The notes under the pieces are model-generated. The model searched no databases. It saw only the letters and a list, made by a program, of their open reading frames with translations, and had not been told where the DNA came from. The translations under genes were made by a program, and so were the position numbers. A stretch of 54,755 nt of DNA, counting the filler, from Tortispora ganteri (taxonomy: Eukaryota): assembly GCA_003707115.1 (NCBI GenBank). It is 3 parts of 3 records of this genome, joined end to end, with 100 filler letters (N's around TTAATTAATTAA, not from the genome) between each part and the next. Parts side by side here need not be neighbours in the genome. Positions count along the whole stretch, not along the records: positions 1 to 22,081 come from PPNB01000046.1; positions 22,182 to 41,969 come from PPNB01000047.1; 1 more part is not named here. One strand, written 5' to 3'. Below, in pieces: positions 11,659 through 22,995 of the stretch (position 1 is its first letter; each line of letters starts with the position of its first letter).

Positions 11659-12528
11659 ATGGACGATCGATCTGTGCGGTATGCCACGGCTGCAGATATT
11701 GTGCGGAGCCACCAAAAAGATGAGTACTACGAGAAGATTTTTATGGACTTAGTGCGGGATGCATTGGAGGCAGTGATGGGCCCACGCAAGGCGCGTATGT
11801 ATGCGCCCCGGTCAGACAACCTGTCTTCGTTGATGTACTACACACTAACTATCCTAGTGGGATCAAAAACGCTAGGAGAAGAGTACACGGATATATTTAG
11901 AGTAGCACAGCTTGGTGCGAAGCAGATCTGTCTGTTTGGCCCTGTGCGGCGGGTATTGCTGCTATTCATAAAGGCATGCGGACCACTTTACGAAACTCAG
12001 ATTAAATATGTTCTGAAAGACCGGCTCTCTGAAGTCGTTGTTGAGATTTTGCAGGAAATCCCCGCAATTCATCTTGCATTGTTTTATTTATTTGAGAAGT
12101 ATTACAGAATCTCAGAGAGAATTGTGGGACTTAGGTACTTGTCTGTGAAGGATGAACAGCCGTCTACAGCTGGGTACGAGGTCCTTGGTGGTATAATCGC
12201 CACCCGACTGTTCCTGTCGTTTGGAGCCAAGATAAAACATATTATTATCAGTGGTAAACAAAGCACCGGTCAGAGTCCCGGCCATTTACCGGCGGCTAAG
12301 TCAGGTGCCATCAACCTTTCTGACCCTAGCGTCTTAAGTCATATATTTACTGACGACACTTCACGAAAGTGCACGCTGTGTCTGTCGTATCTCGTGGATC
12401 CGTCAGTCGCACTGTGCGGACACGTATTTTGCTGGTCCTGCATAACCGAATGGTGCCAAGAACGGCCAGAGTGCCCGCTTTGTCGTCAGACTACCCGTGA
12501 ACAGAATATCCTTCCTATCAAGTCATGA
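11659..12528 (+). CDS. PEX10: Peroxin 10, peroxisomal RING E3 ligase
   Basis: A..ADIVRSHQKD, TLGEEY, HLALFY, C-terminal C3HC4 RING (CTLCL...CGHVFCWSCI...CPLCR). Confidence 0.95.
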   Translation: MDDRSVRYATAADIVRSHQKDEYYEKIFMDLVRDALEAVMGPRKARMYAPRSDNLSSLMYYTLTILVGSKTLGEEYTDIFRVAQLGAKQICLFGPVRRVLLLFIKACGPLYETQIKYVLKDRLSEVVVEILQEIPAIHLALFYLFEKYYRISERIVGLRYLSVKDEQPSTAGYEVLGGIIATRLFLSFGAKIKHIIISGKQSTGQSPGHLPAAKSGAINLSDPSVLSHIFTDDTSRKCTLCLSYLVDPSVALCGHVFCWSCITEWCQERPECPLCRQTTREQNILPIKS

Positions 12529-12621
12529 CAATCGTATAGTTAGTATTGGATGTCGTGAACAGAACGTCCTTCTTATCAAGTCATGACAATCGTATAGTTA
12601 GTATTTGGATGTCGTGAACAG
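12496..12621. repeat. 58-bp tandem duplication of the PEX10/HEL2 3'-end junction
   Basis: Unit CGTGAACAGAA..CCTTC.TATCAAGTCATGACAATCGTATAGTTAGTATT(T)GGATGT starts at 12496 and 12554; a third CGTGAACAG lies at 12613-12621. Confidence 0.9.
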
Positions 12622-14241
12622 CACTTTCTGTTTAGCCTTGCGTCCTCGTATAGGTACATTTCCAGATGACGAACTGGATGTGCCTGGAGCAGGCGACTGG
12701 ACAGTGCTTCCACCCCAGAGTGACGATGCCGCTTTCGGTTGCGTTCTGGAGTTAATATTATTTTTCATAGGGAACTTTTTGGCCGGCGAGCCTTGGGGAA
12801 GCGCCGGAAAGTCGGCCAGTGACGATGTTACGGCTCCATTTGCCAACATCGGCGTCACAGAAGGGCCAGAAACCGCAGGCGCGGCACTTGCAGTGGTAGC
12901 CCACCCAGTCCTTTGAGGTAAGGTTACTGTCGATTTTTTGACAGTCGCCTTTGGCGTGGTCTGGTTGTACACGGTAGCAATCGCAGATTTCTGCTGCCTT
13001 GTGAGACCAGATAATCCGGCTATCATTCTGAATAGTTCGCGTAACTCGTTTTTGGAACAGGGAAATATGTTCGAGTATGACGCAAACAGTTCTGTTGCTG
13101 AAATGGCGCCCGACTTGAAAGCTGTCGTAGCGGATGCAAAGCTTTGAAATTTGGAAAGGTCGAACTGCAAAAGAGATCGGGCTTTTGCGTCAATAGCTTC
13201 AGAAACACGAGATGCACTAGGTACTGGCGAAGATGTGAATACGTTAGAAGGTGGTAGTGCAGTTGATGCCCGAGAAGGGTTTCGAGAAGAGGATGCGGAA
13301 GAAGAAGCAGAAGCAGAAGCAGAAGCAGAAGCAGAAGAGAGTGTGCGAGGGTCTGCGATAAATTCTGCGATGTTTACTTTTGCCTGATTACGACCTCTAT
13401 ATTTTTCAGGGTGTCTTTTCACTTGATGTTCTCGCAGCTCGAGCAGAGTAGGAAAGACGACGAACTTCTGTTCCAGACAGCTTGGTTCCTCGCAAGGATA
13501 ATGATCTTTATGAAAATGGGATTCCAGAGCTTTGTAGTTAGCGAAGTATTTGTTATGCTGTGGAGGATCTAGCTTTTCGCAGACCTCACATTTTTCGTGG
13601 TTCTTGCGCAAATGGTCCCATAAGGCGTCCATGTCGTAGTATCGTTTTGAACAGAACTCGCACTGTGGGTGACCTGAGAAGCCTGAAACACCCTTATCGC
13701 CTGACTCCATGTGCGTCTCTAAACTGGCCTTGGTGAAGTAGCTTTGTTCTGAAGTAAAGGCTTTCTTGTTGGTCAGACAGATGAAACAGAATAACTTATG
13801 ATGAACATTCGAGAGGTGTGTTTTGAGGTCTTCTATAGATGAGGCTGTGTGCGAACATACTGGACATTTGTTCGACAGCAGCGCGTTGACGGCGTCAGAC
13901 ACATGTTTATCTTTGAGCCAAATACGGAGCTTGCCGTCGATTCTAAACATGTCGGCCTTCTTGTAGGCTTCAAAAGGGTCGGTGAGGCCTTTGCCGAAGA
14001 TGACGGTGTGCGCAGGTGTCCGGCAATATAGACAAGCATCTGACTTATAGAGTGCACGTTGACGAAGAGCACACACATGACACGATCTGTGTTGACATGG
14101 CGTCAAAGCTGTGAATTCTATGGGATTTGCACAAATAAAGCAGTCTTCGGCTGCGTCTTTGGTGAGCGATAGTTGCTGCAGCGACGATTCTATGCCGTCA
14201 GCCGCAACTGTACGTAGTTTCGACATCTTCTTTACAGCCAT
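12598..14241 (-). CDS. HEL2: RING + C2H2 E3 ubiquitin ligase Hel2/ZNF598 (ribosome quality control)
   Basis: CFICA...PCQHRSCHVCALRQRALY...CLYCR; GFSGHPQCEFC; HYPCEEPSCLEQKFVVF; DFPALP in the tail. Confidence 0.92.
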   Translation of the reverse strand: MAVKKMSKLRTVAADGIESSLQQLSLTKDAAEDCFICANPIEFTALTPCQHRSCHVCALRQRALYKSDACLYCRTPAHTVIFGKGLTDPFEAYKKADMFRIDGKLRIWLKDKHVSDAVNALLSNKCPVCSHTASSIEDLKTHLSNVHHKLFCFICLTNKKAFTSEQSYFTKASLETHMESGDKGVSGFSGHPQCEFCSKRYYDMDALWDHLRKNHEKCEVCEKLDPPQHNKYFANYKALESHFHKDHYPCEEPSCLEQKFVVFPTLLELREHQVKRHPEKYRGRNQAKVNIAEFIADPRTLSSASASASASASSSASSSRNPSRASTALPPSNVFTSSPVPSASRVSEAIDAKARSLLQFDLSKFQSFASATTAFKSGAISATELFASYSNIFPCSKNELRELFRMIAGLSGLTRQQKSAIATVYNQTTPKATVKKSTVTLPQRTGWATTASAAPAVSGPSVTPMLANGAVTSSLADFPALPQGSPAKKFPMKNNINSRTQPKAASSLWGGSTVQSPAPGTSSSSSGNVPIRGRKAKQKVLFTTSKY

Positions 14242-14431
14242 ACCGTACAGAATATTGCACCAGCAAAGGTACCGTGTGTAAACAAGTAAGAAATACAGAG
14301 ATCAGCAGAAGAAATTTATTGTGTTCGTCCGGTGTAAGAATCACAAAATAAGGTTAGGGTACAATGTGAAATATCAGAGGCAACGAACCTCTTGGACAAG
14401 ACGCACACCGGATAACGGACAAAGAGAAGCG

Positions 14432-14974
14432 ATGGTGAAGCTAATTTCGTCAGACGGAGAGCAGTTTGAAGTTGGTAAGTAACTGTAAATGATGCTAGCA
14501 AGAAAGAGGGGAAAAATAGGAGCTGAAGATTAACGAAATGCAGAAAGGAATGTGGCGGAACAATCCATTCTCATAAAGAATGTGATTGCAGATATTGGGG
14601 ATGACACTACAGAGGTACCTGTGCCTAATGTGACGTCGTCTGTTCTGAAGAAGGTGCTTGAATGGTGTGAGTACCATAAAGATGACCCAGTAGTTGCTGA
14701 AGACGAGATTAACCCGAGATCACGTAATATTGAGATCGGAGAATGGGATACGAAGTTCATGCAGGTAGACCAAGAAATGCTCTTTGAAATCATTCTAGCG
14801 GCAAACTACCTGGATATAAGAAACTTGCTTGAAATTGGATGTAAGACTGTTGCGGGAATGATTAAGCGTAAGTCTCCGGAAGAATTGAGACGCATTTTCA
14901 ATATTCCTAACGACTTTACGCCGGAAGAAGAGGCACAAATCAGGAGGGAAAACGAATGGGCTGAAGATCGATGA
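14432..14974 (+). CDS. SKP1: SCF complex subunit Skp1; 2 exons
   Basis: Exon 1 14432-14474 ([14 protein letters not shown]), intron 14475-14543 (GTAAGT...GATTAAC...CAG), exon 2 14544-14974. Motifs: [34 protein letters not shown]. Confidence 0.95.
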
Positions 14975-15050
14975 TTGTTTTTTTTTACTGGTCAAATTAC
15001 ATTTAATGAATTTCTCTAACCTTAGTCTCTCGTATATTGTATGAATAGCT

Positions 15051-15977
15051 CTAGCGCAGTCCTATAATTGATATTTCCAGCGTCCATACGCGCCGTATGT
15101 GGACCTTGACTTCCAGACCCGATATGCTAGCTGTGTCGTCTTCTATTTGCGGTATAGTCATAATTTGGTGGTCCCACCAGCATTTTCTTGCCGGACGTTG
15201 CCAGAAAAGCAGAAGTCTGCTTGCTGTTGCGTCCGATCCGTCAACAATCTGCAGGTGTTTGAGGGCCAGGCTGCTGATTAATGTGCGCTCGTCGTCCAGC
15301 GCTCGGTACGGCCAGGGCTCGTTTTTGTCGAAGCCGGACGTGCACAGCATCGTCATAAGGTATTGTTCAGCAGACTCTGTAGACATATTCGACGCATTCA
15401 GCTTTGAGTACAGGCCAAGGAATACGCCACGGTTCTCTACAAGCATCTTGCCCACAGAGAGTCGCAGCGGTTTGAGGCTCTCGGCAGGGAGAGACTTCGG
15501 CGCGATAACATAATAGTCGAGATCCTCACGCAGACATATCAGCGTAGGATGTTGATCGCGAACGGCGTTCTGTACGCTGGTCGCAACAGGCGTGGACAGT
15601 TCTGACGTGTAGATGAACTTGTTTTGTTTACTGGAATCAAGCTTGCCTATCTGTTCGCAATAGCAGTCAATGATATACTCCAAACATTTAGGGTTGAAAG
15701 ACACGACAACGTCGGTGACATTGTTCCAGTCGTATACCTCATCGCCATTGATGTCCGTGATGGTGCCTGAGGGGAACAGTAGGATCATGATGGACTCCGG
15801 GAGCGATAACAGTAGGAACTTGGATATAGTGACGACATTAGTTTCATTGTTGTGCAATCTAATGGGTTTACTTAGATCATAGTGTACAGGCAAGTCAGAC
15901 GACGAACTGAGAGCTGATAATTTCGTAGTTGCAGCAGTTGCTTGCGTGATCAGTTCAGAAACGTCTGATGTAGCCAT
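15051..15977 (-). CDS. WHI2: Whi2-family BTB-like stress/nutrient response protein
   Basis: LSLPES..LLFPSG, LREDLDYY, AEQYLMTMLCTSGF, LLLFWQRPARKCWWD, IRRVWTLE. Confidence 0.85.
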   Translation of the reverse strand: MATSDVSELITQATAATTKLSALSSSSDLPVHYDLSKPIRLHNNETNVVTISKFLLLSLPESIMILLFPSGTITDINGDEVYDWNNVTDVVVSFNPKCLEYIIDCYCEQIGKLDSSKQNKFIYTSELSTPVATSVQNAVRDQHPTLICLREDLDYYVIAPKSLPAESLKPLRLSVGKMLVENRGVFLGLYSKLNASNMSTESAEQYLMTMLCTSGFDKNEPWPYRALDDERTLISSLALKHLQIVDGSDATASRLLLFWQRPARKCWWDHQIMTIPQIEDDTASISGLEVKVHIRRVWTLEISIIGLR

Positions 15978-16208
15978 AGCGTCCCTTGTGGTGGAGTCGG
16001 AGGGTGTGTGTTACAAGAGAGTCAAGTCCCAAGTGCATAAGACCAGCCGTCCGCACTAGTAGGCAAAGGCCAGTGCGCGGCGGAATTGAGGCAAAAAGAA
16101 ACAAACTAGAAAAAAAAAAAGAAAAAACAAAACAAAAAGAAAAAAAACAATAACAAAGCAGAGAAAACATCAATTGCTGCTAAGCATACGTATTGCTAGC
16201 ACGGGTCT

Positions 16209-17105
16209 CTACTTGGGCGTATCTGTTTGCTCGTCCTTGTCTTTGTCATTGTCGTCCTCCAGGACGTTATTTATACGTTGCTTTTTCATGGCAGCATAGT
16301 CTGGTTTCAAAGAATACTTTAGCGCATAGGGACCAGTTTTATGGAATGTTGCTATATGGTCTAGCACTTCTTTGAGATACACTTCGGGTTGCTTGGTGCG
16401 CTCTTTCAGGCCGCGTAGCCCCCAATAGTCATACTGCTCGAAGAGTCTAAACAGTAAATCAAGCAGTTCGTTTCGGGGCATGCGCGTGGCTTTTCCAATC
16501 ATTTGGCGACGTTGATGTTCTTTGCGTTGGTTCTTTAAGAACATAGATGACCGTCCTCGCATAGACGGGCCTGCCGACACTTTAACGGAGCTTTCATTGT
16601 CATTGATCAATGTGACTTTCGGTCTCGGTTTTTCGCCAAAAATCTCAGATCGCCGTTCAGAGACTACTTTATCATAATTTTTGTCATTAATTGCAGGAAT
16701 AATAGTAACATCATTGAATACTGTCCCATACAGACCAGTCTTTTTCGTATTTGTCACCTTGTCCTCTTCTTCGGAGAACACAAATGTATTCTGTGTCTGG
16801 TTACCGCTCATAGTTAGGTCATATTCTTTCGGTATATTTTCATGTACGCTATTATCGTTCAATAGCATCTTTACTTTCAGTTTTTGGCCCATCTGTTTAA
16901 TCCGTACAGTACCTAAATCCTTGTTGTCGCCCATTTTGAGAGGCGCTTCCTTCCACCGTTCCATTAGAAATCGTGGTACACGCAGTAACCACATCTTTCT
17001 GTTTATCTTCGACATGTCAAAATCCGCACTGTCTTCGAAAATATCATCGTCTTGAGTCATCACAACATCTTCATCTTCATCTTTGCCTTTTTTCACTGGA
17101 TCCAT
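16209..17105 (-). CDS. TFG2: TFIIF beta subunit
   Basis: WLLRVPRFLMERW, IPKEYDL, KATRMPRNELLDLLFRLFEQYDYW, TKQPEVYLKEVL. ATG at 17105. Confidence 0.93.
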   Translation of the reverse strand: MDPVKKGKDEDEDVVMTQDDDIFEDSADFDMSKINRKMWLLRVPRFLMERWKEAPLKMGDNKDLGTVRIKQMGQKLKVKMLLNDNSVHENIPKEYDLTMSGNQTQNTFVFSEEEDKVTNTKKTGLYGTVFNDVTIIPAINDKNYDKVVSERRSEIFGEKPRPKVTLINDNESSVKVSAGPSMRGRSSMFLKNQRKEHQRRQMIGKATRMPRNELLDLLFRLFEQYDYWGLRGLKERTKQPEVYLKEVLDHIATFHKTGPYALKYSLKPDYAAMKKQRINNVLEDDNDKDKDEQTDTPK

Positions 17106-17200
17106 CCTCGCCCCTCGTGGTAGTCTCTCGCTAAAACGAAGATGGCGCCCCTCCCAATCCGCTTTAACTACCACCACCAACTACCAAAATCATACTCTAC

Positions 17201-18292
17201 ATGATCGCTCCACCATTTGAACTTCCTACAACTGGCATTAAACCTTTATCTTCTGCCTCTACAGACCCGATAATTATAGCTGCAGAGTCTAACAGACTCA
17301 CCCTCCGCACAGCACTCAAAGCTCATAAACATTCCGTGCCTCCAAACACTATAGCAGTTTCACAGGCCTGCGAGACCTACACACAATCCTTATTCCTCCT
17401 CCGTACTCAACTCCCTCTTTCTACTGCTGCAAATATTACCACAGAATGGGCAATGCCTTTTTCGAAAATACGCAAACTTCATAAACACTCTGCAACCGCT
17501 ACTGCCGCAAACAAAGTCCCTCTGTCTTCGCTCGATGCAGAAATCCACATGGTCATCCTCACATGGGCACTCGCCCGCTGGCTACTCGCTCGTCAGGCTT
17601 TCGACCCGGAAGATCCAAAACCTGCAAATTCTCACCTCCACCAAGCTTATTCGCTTCTTGCATACCTCACACAACCTGATGCTCTCGTTCTGCCTGCCTC
17701 TCCCCATCTCGAGCTCTCCGTACCCTTCATACACTCTCTACTATTCGCTATACACGGCTCAATGCATCTATTAGTTCTATACAAGTCGCTTGTTCTACCT
17801 GACACATACAGTTCTCATCTAGTTTCAACATCTATCTCCCCGCCCCTCCTGGCCACAATAGCAACGTTTGCAGCCCAGTCTTTCGTTTCTGCCTCCTCGA
17901 CTCTACCGCTAGACTTATCAGCATGGTCTGCAGACGCAGCTGCATACTCAAACGCATATGCTCACATGTGTTTGGCACTCGCAGTGTACAAGCAACGGAA
18001 GGTAGGCGACGCCATAGCTCGCCTCAATGCCGCTAATGAAACTCTAAAGGGCATATCATCATCTTCTCACCTAAAACAGTCGGTCTCCGCTTTAGGTACA
18101 CAAATTACACAGCTACTGAACGCATACACTGCCGAAAACAGCAGCATATCGTTCCAAAAAGTACCATTGACCGATTCCATTCTGCCGATGCTGCCTTCAG
18201 GTCGCGTGGCAGTAATCGCCCCTGCATCCTGGCAGCCGCCAGTGGTAAACGTTACCACAGGACCGCACACTGCAACCACAGATTACTATTGA
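17201..18292 (+). CDS. palC: pH-response regulator PalC (Bro1-like domain)
   Basis: N-terminal PFELPTT; C-terminal GDAIARL, ENSSISFQKVP, LPSGR, Pro-rich tail ending in YY, as in PalC/Rim23. Confidence 0.8.
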   Translation: MIAPPFELPTTGIKPLSSASTDPIIIAAESNRLTLRTALKAHKHSVPPNTIAVSQACETYTQSLFLLRTQLPLSTAANITTEWAMPFSKIRKLHKHSATATAANKVPLSSLDAEIHMVILTWALARWLLARQAFDPEDPKPANSHLHQAYSLLAYLTQPDALVLPASPHLELSVPFIHSLLFAIHGSMHLLVLYKSLVLPDTYSSHLVSTSISPPLLATIATFAAQSFVSASSTLPLDLSAWSADAAAYSNAYAHMCLALAVYKQRKVGDAIARLNAANETLKGISSSSHLKQSVSALGTQITQLLNAYTAENSSISFQKVPLTDSILPMLPSGRVAVIAPASWQPPVVNVTTGPHTATTDYY

Positions 18293-18293
18293 T

Positions 18294-18605
18294 CTATTCA
18301 TTGGATTCCAGCAGATCAAGGTCTCGACCCCGTCGAAGCACTTTCGTTCTTTCTCCTTCAACGAACGGCTGTCTGCACATCGGACACAGACCACGAGACG
18401 TTTCCAACATTACCCATTTCACAAGACAATGTTCGTGAAATGAATGACTGCACGTCCCTACTAGCAGCGGACACCCATCTCCCGGGTACTTGCATCCTGG
18501 GCACGTGTTGTCGAAATTAGCTCGACAGATTCCGCACACCTCTTCGTCTGGCACATCCCAGTGCCATGCAGCTACCCCCTGCCAATTCTCAATGTGCACT
18601 TTCAT
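18294..18605 (-). CDS. APC11: Anaphase-promoting complex RING-H2 subunit
   Basis: MKV.I..W..VA.W.W...CGICR..FD.TCP.CKYPGD.CPL..G.C.H.FH.HC...W...LCPMCRQ. Confidence 0.95.
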   Translation of the reverse strand: MKVHIENWQGVAAWHWDVPDEEVCGICRANFDNTCPGCKYPGDGCPLLVGTCSHSFHEHCLVKWVMLETSRGLCPMCRQPFVEGERTKVLRRGRDLDLLESNE

Positions 18606-18883
18606 GGTTCCAGTTCTAAGAGCTCTTTCAAGTATTCAAGTCCCGCGTCGTTGGCGTCGAATACTTCTTCCGCTTCAGCTAATATATCACCTTCTTCGTT
18701 CACAACTACAGGTAGTTTCTTGCCGTTGCCTCGTCTGGTCCACACTTGTCGTGCCTTGCTGTTAGTTGCCGTATCTGCAAGCTCGAACTCAATGCCGCGG
18801 GCTTTCAGAATAAGTTCAAGTCTATTTGTATGAGACGTAACACTTCTAGATGCCGAACTCAATGAGGTGTACACAAAAAGCAT
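18602..18883 (-). CDS. Small SH3BGR-like (glutaredoxin/thioredoxin-fold) protein
   Basis: LFVYTSLS...TNRLELILKARGIEF..AD.A....AR..W...G.KLP resembles fungal SH3BGR-like proteins. ATG 18883; an alternative in-frame ATG lies at 18964. The TGA stop overlaps the APC11 ATG. Confidence 0.7.
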   Translation of the reverse strand: MLFVYTSLSSASRSVTSHTNRLELILKARGIEFELADTATNSKARQVWTRRGNGKKLPVVVNEEGDILAEAEEVFDANDAGLEYLKELLELEP

Positions 18884-19000
18884 TCCGCTGGCCTTGCAGC
18901 TATGTGTTTTGTAATCAAGAGATGTGTTTGGTAAATGTTTGCTTGAACCAACTCTATTTTGCATATTGAACTCTAAATAAATTACCCGGCTTCTAGCCTG

Positions 19001-19051
19001 ATTGGTCCATTCGAGAAATTTCTATAGATCCTCCCTCACCCCGCTATATAA
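19001..19051 (+). promoter_or_regulatory. HSP60 promoter: inverted CCAAT box, perfect heat-shock element and TATA box
   Basis: ATTGG 19001-19005; TTCgaGAAatTTC 19010-19022; TATATAA 19045-19051. Confidence 0.75.
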
Positions 19052-19117
19052 GAGAACCACTCCGGAACTTTTCTCTCACTAGTTTTTACGCTCATCGCTT
19101 AATTTTTTTCTTTATAG

Positions 19118-20878
<1,761 letters not shown>

Positions 20879-21150
20879 AGAAACCTCCTCAAAAGAAGAT
20901 CTGATATCCCCCATTTCACGTCCCTTGTCCCAATATGTCACTTTCGAAATGTAAATAGTATTTCACCTCCCTTTATTAGTGCAAATTTCATGGCTCATAC
21001 CTACGTACATATTTAGATGTTCAGTTGAACATTGTGTTGTCATAGTAACACAACATTTCTTTAGCTGCTCCGCCACAACGTTTGCAGTTTCTACTTCGAC
21101 TCTTTAATAGTCTATTCAGTTGGCTTAAAGTACTAGAACATAATTTGAAA

Positions 21151-21704
21151 ATGGTAAGTATAAACCGTTGTTAGCAACAATTGGCAATGTAACTAACGTG
21201 ATTTAGGCTCGATCAGGGTAAGTCGTAAATGTGGGGCTACATCAGAAAGCTCTTGACTCTCTAGCCTGAATTACTAACGCTTTTAGTGTAGCAGTAGCTA
21301 ATGAGGTTCAAAAGGCATTTGAGGACCTTAAACTAAGCCGCAACTCCAAGTTTGTCGTCTATAAGTTGAACGATAACCGCACTGAGATTATAGTTGACCA
21401 AGTGTCTACTGACGGTGATTACGAGACATTTATCAGTGCACTTCCTGAGAACGACTGCCGATATGCTGTCTACGATTTCGAATACGATACTACTTCTGGC
21501 GAAGGCAAGCGTTCAAAGATTGTATTTTTCTCTTGGTCTCCCGATACTGCGCCGGTACGTTCTAAAATGATATACGCTTCTTCTCGCGACGGTCTTCGAC
21601 GCTCTCTCAATGGTATAGCTAGCGAAATACAGGGAACCGATTTCTCTGAGATCGCCTACGAAAGCGTTCTTGAACGTGTGTCTCGTGGTGCTGGTTCTCA
21701 CTAA
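21151..21704 (+). CDS. COF1: Cofilin; 3 exons
   Basis: Exons 21151-21153 (ATG), 21207-21217 and 21287-21704, both introns GTAAGT...ACTAAC...TAG. Product [21 protein letters not shown]...[17 protein letters not shown]...RVSRGAGSH. Confidence 0.95.
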
Positions 21705-22003
21705 AATATAGTGCCTCTCTTCGAAATATTTTACTACTTACCGTATAAAACCGAACAATGAACCACCTGTACCATATATTCGAAACCGCCATACAGCTGA
21801 GACGGTCCCTATATTTGTAAACCTATTAAACCTAAATCATTGCCGGATACATATGGTTGCTATAGTAACTACATTCCTGGACTGGATTTTTTTCGGCCCC
21901 GCCGTCGCGTTGGGTACTATTTTGCTGCACCACCACACCTATAATAACCCAACTTGTTTACTTCTTCCCACCCATACATCGTCAATACCATTCCTAGTTC
22001 AAC

Positions 22004-22081
22004 ATGTCAGGTAAAGGTAAACACGGAGGAAAAGCCGGCCCCAAAGATGGCCATACTCAAATGTCAACATCTGCGCGCGCT
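22004..22081 (+). CDS. HTZ1: Histone H2A.Z, 5' fragment truncated by contig end
   Basis: MSGKGKHGGKAGPKDGHTQMSTSARA ends exactly where SARAGLQFPVGR is expected. Not in the ORF track. Confidence 0.75.
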
Positions 22082-22181
22082 NNNNNNNNNNNNNNNNNNN
22101 NNNNNNNNNNNNNNNNNNNNNNNNNTTAATTAATTAANNNNNNNNNNNNNNNNNNNNNNNNNNNNNNNNNNNNNNNNNNNN
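22082..22181. other. Artificial contig linker (44 N + TTAATTAATTAA + 44 N)
   Basis: Identical 100-nt spacer with all-frame stops recurs at 41970-42069. Confidence 0.97.
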
Positions 22182-22447
22182 GGGTCAGTATGGGTTAACT
22201 GGTAATGATGATTGTAAATGATAAGCGATTGAGGAGAAGTGACCGATATAGAGTCTATATTAGCGAGCGACCATTTAACATCTGATTTTACATTCCATTG
22301 AACATTATATTTACCATTTTGAAGTGGTTCAACTGATTTAACAACAATATGATTTGAGTTCGAAGGATCGACAGAACAAAGAGGGAATAGGTCGGCAAAG
22401 GCCAGTACTGGAAAAGCGAATGAAAGGATTAAGAACAACAAAGTCAT
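22182..22447 (-). CDS. Secreted protein with Flo11-like adhesion domain, 5' fragment truncated by contig end
   Basis: Signal peptide MTLLFLILSFAFPVLAFA, then VKSVEPLQNGKYNVQWNVK...ISVTSP...IY...TDP, resembling Flo11A (VTSVSWVQDNTYQITIHVK...IGVTGP...LY...DNP). Confidence 0.55.
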
Positions 22448-22995
22448 TGCGATCTATAATTTATCAAAATAAATACAATCATTTTTTGTGCCATTTTGAC
22501 TGGCATTTATATTATTGACTATTCCATTCTGTATAAATCGGGTTGTTACATGTTTCAATAAGATACCAAATTCAATAAGAGGCGATTTCCTTTGTATATA
22601 AGGTTTCTCTGAAACGTCAATAAATCCAATTCCTTGTTTCCTTTAGCTATGCGACAAAAGTCAAAGTAGTAACGAAAAAAAAGACGGCTTTAAATGAATT
22701 ATATATCCTTTTATAGAGTGGCGCGATATGAAACTATCATAAGAACTTGATCCAGACATCTTTTTGTACTGATTGACAATAAGGTTTTGACTAGGTAGAA
22801 ATTGACGCGTAGCCACGATCGACGACAGACACAGATTGTAATAACTTTATTTACGATCTACAGAAATTACTATTATTTATCATGTTTATATTATTTATAT
22901 TATTGAATTCGTCGTGTAAATGGAACTATTAAAAAAAAAAAAATAACAAAATTGCGAGAGCTGAAAGAATTAAACGACTATCATTTGCAATTTCT

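Noticed and set aside
13295..13340. (GCAGAA)n hexamer repeat
   Set aside because: Encodes an ordinary Ser-Ala linker in Hel2; not a CRISPR array or mobile repeat.
22082..22181. TTAATTAATTAA palindrome within N runs (also 41970-42069)
   Set aside because: Identical 100-nt artificial spacer with all-frame stops; not biological, and it voids synteny across it.
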